A model generated the notes under the pieces. That model was not told where the DNA came from. It did no database searches and saw nothing but the letters and a program-made list of their open reading frames with translations. A stretch of 64,000 nt of DNA from Enoplolaimus lenunculus. Lineage: Eukaryota. The position numbers and the translations under genes were made by a program. Below are positions 40,436-51,405 of this stretch, piece after piece (the stretch's first letter is position 1; each line of letters begins with the position of its first letter). Location: the NCBI GenBank assembly GCA_030248215.1, contig JASANG010001649.1, positions 372,001-436,000 of the forward strand. The letters are read 5' to 3'.

Positions 40436-43400
40436 GGTAAAACTACAATTTCAATTTGAGCTCAGGTGTGTTAAAATTTTCAATTGCAGATTTTTAACGC
40501 TTGAACAAATATAAAATATTAAAGTTTTTGCAAGCAATAAATTGTAGTTTATAAAAGCAGTATCACTCCTCGCCAACAATAATAGAAAACTTTTGAACAC
40601 AGTATCGAATGCTGAAACTGATCATTTCCTTAAAATAGCCGGTTTTTATTGCAGAAATTTTAAGCAATAAATTTGCACAGTGAAGCCTTGAAGTAAATCC
40701 CGGAAGTATTTCATTTGAAAGGATTGTTTCTATAGGTCGAAATTGCTGTTTTTGGTATGCGCTTTCTAAAAATTGAGTCTCAGACAAACAACAGTGCCAG
40801 GCGAGAATTGGAATGAAACAAGGCGTCAGTCAGTTAAAATTTGTACATTTTAAAACACATTATGCCACCGATGGCTATAAATTTAACGTTTCACTTTTTC
40901 TTAAAATAAAATTTTTCGAAGAAAGTTCGAAATCAAAAATAGAATGTTTAACTTTAATATATTTTCTTATTTTTAGCAATTTTTTTGGTCAAAGTTAATA
41001 CACTAATAATATGCGTATTAACCCGAATAATCGGTCATTTAGCGAATTAACGCTAAAGACTTATCGTTATTACTATTGCAGTCTGTACTGCATTTAGTCG
41101 CACCTACAGATCACAATTTCAAGGATATTTTTAGCGAAATTGTCTCAAAATAACGATTTAAATGAACGCTTGTGTTTGTTTTACGTGGAAAATCAATCTC
41201 AAAAGTTAAAATTAGTTTATCAAAAAGAAACCAGCCCGAAGCTTGGTGAATATACATAAGAAAACAAAATGGTGTAATAACAGAACCTAAACTAGACCAC
41301 TTACAGTGGAGAATATTATCAGCCTAAACAAATCATCTTTGTTGATTTGAATCGGTTTATTAGTATTTATTCTTCGTCAAAATGTTAATATTCAAAAATG
41401 GTTTCATAATGTCAAACTCTAGCATAATACTACTGAAGCATACTTTTATGGTAATTCACGAGCAGTCAAAAGATCCACAACCGAGCCTGTACCAAAGAGA
41501 GGAACCACGAAGGGGTCAAGTCTCCGAATAGAAAAATTTTGGCCCTTACAAGAACAGTAGCAATGTAATTCTTGTGAAGTTAACCGCACCATGCTTGTCC
41601 TCCTCAAATTGTTTTGGTACCTCTAGTATTGTGAGCATGGTCCTGACCCAAAATACTGTTTAGGTTTTCGATTCCATTAAAAACCGAATTCCAAACGCAG
41701 TCACGTGTGGCAACATCGTGAAGCGTTCGGTATCACGGACGTAAAGATATTTCCTGAGGATATATTTTCCCTATCTCCCCCTTGTATACGTACCTGTTTG
41801 GTATACGTAACAAATAAATTAGAAAGCGTATTCCGACATAAATTGAAGTATGTTTGATTTGCTAATTCTAGCAAATATATATAAAGTTTCGATAAAAGTT
41901 TCTGTTTAAGGATTTTTTCAAAAATCCTGGTAATTACTCATTAAATTTATTCCAAAAATTAAGAGCAAACGAACCGAAAGATACAATTTTTGTAAAACTA
42001 TTGAAAAATTTACTACCGAAATTGCCGGAACCGCCGCAGAAAATCTACTGCAGCCGGAGGCGGAGGTGAATTGTTTGCGAGAGCCGGAGGCAAACCTTCA
42101 GTTGTACATTCGGTGAACTCTGTTCGTTTCTATAGGAATGTTAGCAACATTTTATATTCTAATAGATATCTTTGCAACAAATTTGAAAATAAAGAACAAT
42201 TCACAGTCAATATACGCAACAGGAAAATTTTTTGATATAAACCTTTCAGTCTCTGACTAAACTATGTCACATAACAACCCTAAACGATCAATCAAAATAT
42301 CTTTCCCCGTCACACAAAAAAACTTGACAATTTTTCAGTTCCACAAGTTTGACGCTATTGAAAAATGTTACTACTGAAATATATGACAGAAAATCAGGTA
42401 CTTTGAAAAGAGTACAGGCAATGTTCCTGGTGCCGAGCCACTATTTTCAATCGGGATGTGTCTAGGCAACCAAGAGTTGCAGCAAAGATTACGCCTAAGA
42501 ATGTTCGCGAGCGAAGAGAATGGATGGTTTAACACAGATTTAAATTTGATGTCCCAATGAAAAATTTACATTTAGAACGTTTGATCCAACAGATTCGATC
42601 TTATCGTGTGTGCTGAACTAAGAAGAAAATTTCGCAAGCGAAACGAGCGAAAAGCTATAGACGTAGTTGAATTAAATACCTTTGTAACAGCCGCAAAACA
42701 GTTTTTGGTTCATAGGTTGGGATTTTAAGTTTGACTCTCAAAAGCTTCTTACGGCGCACTTGAACATTCTACTAAAAAATAGCTTTTGCTTTACTCAAGA
42801 ATTGTTTATGTTGTTTATAATGGAAAGCGGAATTATTGGCAAATTTTGTCCAACTTCGTTTCTGAGCAAATCATGGATCATATTTGAAATAAAACTTGAT
42901 TTCTGTCAAAATATGCAATTAAGCTACTAAAGCAACATATAAAACTTTTAATTGTCTGATATTTAAGAAATATTGGCGCAAATTTAGTGTTAATATTGAT
43001 TCCAGAAATATATGTCTTGAATTCCAGACGTTTATTTCTGTGTTTTGCGAAATATTGGTCTGAAACTGTTCAATCTTAGAAGTATATATGAAAACGGAGC
43101 AACTCGTTTACATACATTAAAATCAGAAAATTAACTCTTGAAATATATTTAAATCTAGGTACTTCTTGTAAGAGATAAATTCGCTTCTTATAAATTGGCA
43201 ATAGTAATTTTTTGAATAAAAGGCATTTTATATTTTAGCCGTGAAAATTTAAGAATGTAAGAATCTTCATATCTCAACATAAATTTTGGAATTGTGGAGC
43301 AGTGTCTTGGGTTGTCCAGTGGATCTCCTATGTAAAGATATTATTTTCAGCGCTACCCTGCTTCTGCGATACCTATAAAAATATCATTATTCGAGTGTTA

Positions 43401-46145
43401 AAATCAACAAACACATACGGTCACATATGACAGCGTTTCATAAAAATACGTGACATTTTAATGTTGTGTACAGAATGAAATTTTTCAAAAAAATCATATC
43501 GGGATTCTCTGATTCGCTCTCTCTATTGGTTATGTGAGTTTTTTGACAGAAAAATTTCTTTACCCACGAATCCGAAATAAAATAATACAGAGTTGACATA
43601 CGAATAAGAAAAACAAACATCCACCACGGGAGTGGGCGGCGAAGAAGGGATCACTCGTATATGGACACCTTCGTACCCCTTGGCCGATATATTAATAATT
43701 AAAAGAATTCTGTATTAGTAAAATTTAACTTGTATTCCTGTTAATTTTACTACCCCCCTGTAAACAATTCCTCACTACGAGATAAAAAAAACAGAAAAAG
43801 AAATAAAAAAACAGAGAAAGCGAGACAGAAAAGAGCAAAAAGATCAAAGAAGAAACTTTTGTGTGACCAAGTCTCTACGTCTATCAATGTGCAGTATACA
43901 ACACGGTTATTTAGTGCGCAACGCATCAACACACGCTGCGCATGTCATCATGAAAAATCACATTCAAAATTCCTATTTTTTTATTTTTTTTTTCAATCCG
44001 AATAAAAGAAAATAGACATGTAGCGTATTCAAGGAGATTTAATGCAATCTTCGGCCCAATTGCGGACCGAAACTGAAGTCCCAAATGGCCTGCTTTCTGG
44101 GTTCTTAAGGCCATATATAGTTGAACCGTTAATCAGGCCGTAGCCAAAGAGGTCGCCTTTCTAGGGTAAGTCTAAACATTTTTCAGGAGGGGCATTATAA
44201 TGTTTCGTAAAAATCACTTGATCTTCCCGGCATATATGCTCTTGTACATCGCCCCACATGCATTGCCAGAGGAGACAGACAGGCTGGGAGCTCCCCCAAA
44301 CTTGTGGATGGGGGCCCCAAACTCGCGCGCGAAGCGAGTGAGAAGCCAGAAGCATTTTAAAAAATTTGGCGGTTTTCGTTTCAACCGAATATGGTGGGGG
44401 CCCCTTTGGGGGTGGGTGTGGAAAGGTGCACATGAGCATATCGTAAAGGTCCTAGTCATCTGCCTGGTTGAGTTTAGCAAAAGTTAATTACGACGAATCA
44501 CTAGCAGATCCAGAGGAGTGCTGGAGGCGTAATCGTTTATTTTCTCATGGTTCGATTGAAATATCAGTTAAATGCTGACCATTACTGCGTATAGGTTTTC
44601 GCTCGTTTCTCTCACGAGGTTGTTTTCAAACAAAAATCTACATTAAAAATTGTCAGCTGGTTATCTTTTGTTTCAAAATTTTATGCGATTTCAATCAATT
44701 GTGTGAAATTACTTCCTGTATGTTTCCAAGTCTTTGCGACACTTACGGTGCCGCCATTTTCATCAAGTTTTGATATCTGCCCCCACCCGTCAGAAGTTTT
44801 GGGATCTTCCGCTTGCGTATAACTTGTTGTGTTCATTCAGGTAGGTGCTCGCTCCGGCTTTCAAGCCTAACCGTAAGAATGAGCTTATACCAAGTCCTAA
44901 GCCTAAATATATGAATTGTCTAAACTTTAAGCTTGCTTTATTGCAATCCCACAGAAAAACGTTCCGTCCTGATTTTTACATTGTCCGCCACGTATGTTGC
45001 CCTCCAGGGTGTTGTTCCAACTGATGCACCATGCAGCAAGAGATTTGCAACGTATATCATGTAAGCGATTATAGGCAACTGTGTGTCTTAGAAAATCAGA
45101 ATTTGTAAAAAAAACTAAAATACAATTTGCATTCAGGGCCCATATCCTAAAATGTGTATAGCAACTTTCATCAGTAAGTAATAGGTTTTTAAACTCACTA
45201 ACTATTACAGTTGTTAAAGTCAGAATTGGTACAGAAGTAGAGCAAATCAAATGCGAAAAAGGTGCCACCTTCTTAGCATCAGCATTCACTGGTTCGAAAG
45301 TTATAGATTGTATTACCAACTGGTTATATGAACTAAACGCAACCGATTAAAACCCATAGCCATATTTTTATTCTCAAGCAAAAGAGGCTACCAATATTAA
45401 GATGGCACTAGTCAAGACCCGTCGAAAATTTTCAAAAACACGTTAACAAACTTTAGAAATAAAAAATTACGAAAATGAGAAACTTCTACGGGCAACACAA
45501 ATACAAAATACATTAATAAAAGAGTTTCCGCATTAATAAACTTTAACGACACCTAATGCCTCACAAATTATGCGTACATTGACACTGTGTGTTTTTAGTG
45601 TTTCGTATAGCCTTCGTTTCTTGTCTCTGTGTTTGTCTCGTCCACCGGAAAATGAAAAGCGCAAAAAGAATTAGAAATATAAAGTGCAATTTTACAGAGT
45701 CAAATTTTCCGCTTTTTAAAAAGTTCAAAGTAAAATCGTAGTAACCGTTTGTGATGAGTATAATTTTGCGTAAGAAACGCGTCGCAATGTACGAAGTTTC
45801 GGCTGAGAATTGAAACAAAATGAAATGTGAAAAAAGCTTTCAATTTATTGAGAAAGTGGAGAAGATGTGTATATAATAGTTTTGGTATAATTTGGGTTAC
45901 GTTTGGTAAATCTTTTGGCCAATGTTTGAAACGAGTTAGTGTGAACATATTCCAAACCGTAAGCTCCAGCGTAATAATACGTAAGCCTATGACGAAGCTT
46001 ACGCCTATAACCTAAGTAAAAATTTGTGTAAAGTTTAAGCTTACTCTGAACGCTGCTGCATAGTCCTAAAATATGTTTTAAATATGAGTTTTCGGTGAAT
46101 CAAAGCATCGTAGAATTAGTATTCCATTCGGAAGTATCACTCTAA

Positions 46146-46482
46146 CAGGGTACAACCGGAGGTTTGCCTCCGGCTCGGCTCCGGCAAAAAATAAAATTTT
46201 TGCCGGAGGTTCCGGCAATTTCGGTAGTATAATTTTGCATTAATTTGCAAAATTTATCTGTTTAGCGCGTTTTGTTCTACTTTTGTCACAATTTTCACGA
46301 TAGAATTTCCAAAATTTCACAGAAGATTAGCGTAAAGCCAAAAACTTGACAACATATTGCAAATATTGGCTAAAATTAACCAATTAACCATCATTTTTAC
46401 CACCTAATTTCGCCTCACCTTCGGCTCCGGCAAGATTCGTTGACCTCCGGCTCCGGTATTTTTCACCTCCGGTTGCACCCTG
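46146..46482. mobile_element. hAT-like MITE with CCGGAG subterminal repeats
   Basis: TIR CAGGGTACAACCGGAGG...CCTCCGGTTGCACCCTG; TSD CACTCTAA/CACTCTAG. Inverted relative at ~41800-42110; degraded relative at ~18400-18690. Confidence 0.88.
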
Positions 46483-49310
46483 CACTCTAGATAAAATTGT
46501 AGACGATAGCTTAAAATTCAATTTAGACTGAAATCCGACAAGCGACAGCGCTTAGTTTGCAAAGCTACCCTATGCGCCAGAAGCATTTTCGGACTGTCTG
46601 TTTGTGTTTGTCAACCATCAGTGGATCCAAGGAAGGACCACACTGGCCATGACATCACTACAGGGTTCGAAACCAAAACTTTGTGTCAAGACTTAATATT
46701 AAAATTGAGCAAAATTTAAAGCTCGCTTCGCTTACCAACCTTTTTTTTACTATTGTATTTCGCGTCCCCCTGTCAGACATTTTTGGTCCCGCTACAGCGG
46801 TCAGCGCTAAATAGAGACCAATGAAGACCACTAACCCACAATTAATGCAATCATTGCTTTCGTTCGCTAATGGAACTCTTTATTCACGGTTATAGACCGG
46901 AAGTAGCCAGGCGTGAACGTGGTGGGATTGTGTGGAAACAACAACGCTGTCGCGGTTTCAATTATAGCCATCGACTAAGGGGCTGACCATATTTGCGATC
47001 AACTATAATACTGTAAGCTTAAGGTTTAGAATATTATTAGGTTTAGGTCTACACATACTACACGCTTATTGGACGATTAGGCTTAGGTTTACAAATATGG
47101 CTATAATGCTATTGTTACAATCCCTTTACGTCGAAATACTGCCAGCAAATCCACATTTCGATGCTTAATGCAAATAGTTTTTCACATTTTTTAAATTCTA
47201 ATTTTCCAGCTCTTTGGAGCTCCTAGAATCCACACACATATTTAGGGTGGCCTCAAACCGGACCCCTTTGAACCCACTAGCCGGCACCCCCGCTGAATAA
47301 CTGTAGCACATGCACACATTTAATAAAAAGAATCCTATTTCTAAATTCAAAATATTGACATTTATCTTGATGGTTAGTGATAGGTTCCCAAGCAATCGCA
47401 CAACGGTTAAACCTTAGCCTAAGCCTTAGCGTAAGAATGAACTTATACCTAAGTCTAAGCAGAAGCCTAAAGCCTACGAAAAAAGATTAGTCTAAAACTT
47501 TAGCTTAGTTTATTATTCCTGCATCACGGAATAACCTTCCGCCCCTGATCTTTACATGGACCAACGAACGGTATTAAGGGCATACTTGCAATATCAACCA
47601 GGAATAGTCAATATTCTATCGAAAGGTCTATTGAAAGTAAAAATGTTTTATTTATGGTACTTAATTTAATGACCAAATGTTTTTGTGTGAAGTATTAAAG
47701 TTAGCATTTTTGCAAGTAGAATAATTATCAACAGGTATAGAACTACCTTTACAACGCAACATACCATGCTTAGGCATTTTTCGCTAGTTTACGAAGGCTA
47801 TTCAAAAACAATGCAAAATTTTTAACACGGTCATTTTTGGCAAACGCCTTACTTTACTGGGCCACGCACGGCCTCCACCTGCTAGAGGCGATACTCGCCA
47901 AGGTAAGCTCAATCCTAAGCGTAAGGAAAACCCTTTAAACGCCTAGAATCCGTGAAATGGATAGTGGTCAAAAGGCCGGAACCTTCAGGATATTATTTAA
48001 GTATAAACGTTTAACAATGTTCTACATTTTATCAGTACAATTGAGGTTTGCAAATATTCGCTTGGAAAAGTAACACTTCATTAAAAATCAATACGTCCAA
48101 TATTTTTTATTTAGGATTAAGTAATAATGATAAATTTTATTTTTATTTCAAATCCCAGAATTGCGGCCAATCTGTAAGCACTGAAGAACGGTATGATTTT
48201 TCAGAGAGTTACAACTAATTGTAACCCAATTTCCAATTTTACGCTACTCAAAATTGTTTTCAAAACCAACTGAATGGAACAATAAATGTTTTTATTAATT
48301 CAAAACATTCGGAAACAAATAAATGATTATCAAAAAAGGGCTCTTGTGCACTCCCGTGTTAAAGGTTAGTGCTTAGGTTCGGGTTTAGAGTTAAGTTTGT
48401 GTAAGTTCTTTGCAACACGTAAGCCTAAGCCTACAGCTAAGTCTAAAAGCTTGTGTTGGGAAGTGCACAATAGCATGAAAACGTAATATTTGAAGTCTGA
48501 CTGTTTTCAGACCGATTTTGAACTTGATGTGGTACGAAAAATGTAAATATTTAGCTAGTGATACGTACTTAGCTAACTATGTTTGCAAAACTAACTTCGA
48601 CAGAAATTAGTCTTGCATCACTATCAAACGTTTCATTTGACGGAAATTAAATTTCGCCGATGTAAAATCGTTTATTCCGAAGTACTTAACTAGTAAACGC
48701 ATGAGCCATTCATGATACTCAGTGAAAGTTGCATAAAATAACTCAGATTTACAGCTTTTGAAAGTTCGTATTGTTTGACAATGTCAGGTGCCATTTAGTA
48801 CTAGATGCAATTTATTTCAAATTTAGAGTCATGTTAACTAATAAAACCGTTCATATCAAACCTAAAATATGAGCTTAATCTTACGTCTAAACCTAAGTGT
48901 AAGCGTAAATATAAGCGTAATCGCAGTCCTAAACAAACGCCTAACCATCTCAGTCTTTTTGAAGAATACGAGCCAAGATTGTGTCAAAGTCTAGGCTGTG
49001 TCCACGAGCAAATAGTTTTCAAATCTAATTGCAAATATGAAAGTCTAATTGTAATCCTAAGGCTTACTTAGCCTATGCATAAGCCTCACAGTCTTCAAGA
49101 ACAATGGAAGCCAAGATTGTGTAACAGTGCAGAGTTGACTGCACAGCAACACTAGTGAAAAACGGCAGTTGCGAATCTCGAAGCACAGACCAAGCAGTAT
49201 CAATTGCAAACTAATTTACTAAATTGTATGTTTCATGATTCACGGATTCGAAAATTAGATGACCTATCAACAACTGGCTGTAAATGCTGCACACATTTGA
49301 GAAAAATCTA

Positions 49311-49510
49311 CATTTCGTGGCCCGGGTAGCGTGTCGCCGGTCAGCATTCTAAGCCAAACGTTAAGCTAACCATAATCCGAAGCCTTAATCCTAACCGTTA
49401 TCCTAAGCATAGTACTAACAGTAAGTGCAACGATGGGCGACAAATTGTCGAGTCTTCGGATTACAAGGTGTCGTTCGACGACTGCTGGGCAACGAATTGT
49501 CGTGATACCA
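49311..49510. mobile_element. TIR element with CCTAA-like internal tract, just downstream of the channel stop codon
   Basis: The reverse complement resembles 15077-15270 (CGAYAATTCGTYGCC end; TTAGG-like internal tract). Confidence 0.6.
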
Positions 49511-49537
49511 TTTGTAAAATACTAGCACAGTTAGAAA

Positions 49538-51405
49538 TTACAATTCAGCAACTATAGTTCTTCGTCTTAATTGTGCACCATCAACAGGTTCCACAGCATC
49601 GTTAGCAACATTCTGGTTGCCAGACGATGGGTTTGTGGTTATCTCACCGGTACGCGACGCAACTGATATGCGAACATGCTGTGGATACCGAGCGTTGTTG
49701 TTTTCGAGGGGCATCCCTTGTGGCCCACGACTTTGCCCCTTTGAGATGGGAGAGATCCCAGAAATTAGACTACTATGACTACTATCCGGTTGTGCTGTGG
49801 CAGAGCATGGACCGGTACTGACGAAATTCTTGTTATCTAAGGTAGTAAAACCAGAATGAGTTGGTTCTACAGGATCGCGAAGGGCTGCGAAATATGGCGG
49901 AGGCTCTGAGTGAAGTTTTAAGACTTGATTTTGGTATTTAGACGAATCTAAGCTAGCGTTTGGTTGACCCAAATGCGTTGAATCGAAATTATCACTATGA
50001 AGTCGTTCACGTAAATGGTTAGCGTTTAAATTTGAGCTACAATCATTGTTATCGGAATTTTTAAAATATCTTTCGGCACCAAACGCGCTCGGATGCCCGA
50101 AACTAGGCGGCTCGCTTTGATCTGGTATTTCTTCGCCTAATCTGACAGTATTGCTTGTCGATGGTTTAACCTGCGATTCACATAAATAAACTGCGCGCGA
50201 CAGAAAATTTTCTAAATCCATATTTGCGATTTCTGGACGATAAATGCTTTGAGCTTGCGAATTATGGGGTATTGGTGACATAGGAATATCCGATAAGGTG
50301 TTAGATGTGCCCATGGGTAAAATACTTGAACACTGAGGAGCATGCAACGACACCGATTGCTGTAGTAATTCGTACTCGTCGGCACATGGCGAATTAGCTG
50401 GCTCTTCGGGGTAATCGTGAACGTGAAGTTGAAGCGCCCCTGGACAACTAGAGATCCCATTGCTTGATTGAAGCATGCTGTTAATGCTGTGTTTCGGTCG
50501 ATTCGATAAACGAGAACTGTGTTCCATAATGATAGGTGATGTTTTAATTAGCCCCCTTGTCGCTTTAGGGTGTTTTGATTTTTTAACTTGCCGATGGGGA
50601 TAAATTTGAGCTGATGAACGAGCCGAATTTCGCGGAGACGAGAACTCTGGAGTTGTCTGATTGTCCGGTGAAATACCAGGGCGACCTTGGCTACCTTGAA
50701 ATATACAATGATTAAATTTAGGCCGCAACGAGTACACTTGGATCGTATCATGGTGGAGCCCGTTTGTTTGCCGTTCCGAGCTCTGGACAGGGCCAGTCCC
50801 AAAAACACTCTGAGGATCGTTCGGAGAAACAACATTTTTGAGCATATCACACTTTTTGGAGCGTCTTGGCTTCTTCAAAAATGTTTCATCCGCTCCTATA
50901 CTGGTGGTGTTTGAATCGGATAGTTGTTGTTTGTCGAACGCGTGAACAAATTCAGCCAATGGTTGTCGAGATGATGTCACCACGTTATCGTAATACTCGT
51001 CGTTGACTGGTTTATTGCACATAAGCCTTTGTCCAGTGGCATGAAGAGAAGCGCACCGCCTTTCTCGTACACCTCCAGGAGGTCCATAGGCAAAATCAAA
51101 TTCGTCACAACTTATCGAAGAAGCAGCTGAAGCTTTATAACGAGGTGAGTTTAGCGACTGCGATCTGTGGTTATTTTTTGTTACGTTTCCACTGTTGATG
51201 GTGTTGGTATTATTGTTGCTGTTGTTGTTGCTAGATGCATTGATATCGCTGTCGACTTGGGACTGTTCGGGAAAGTTGCGAAATTTTTCAAGTTGTCGCC
51301 GTCGGCGAGTTGGATGAATCCAGGTATAAAGCGTGACAGCGATGAATACACAAAAATGAATGAAGCCGTGCAAGCTCATGCCGATCCAGAGGCCCATTTG
51401 ACCGC
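49538..51405 (-). CDS. DEG/ENaC terminal exon: TM2 plus ~590-aa cytoplasmic tail
   Basis: Acceptor ctaatttcag|GC completes IG|GQMGLWIGMS. The 1868-nt frame is open to TAA at 49538, and an ORF this long is very unlikely by chance in AT-rich DNA. Confidence 0.92.

Noticed and set aside
44927..45319. 130-aa ORF resembling ORFs at 15577, 33359 and 56358 (CSTSVPIL, YTHLRIW)
   Set aside because: The similarity comes from translating copies of the same fold-back MITE, not a gene family.
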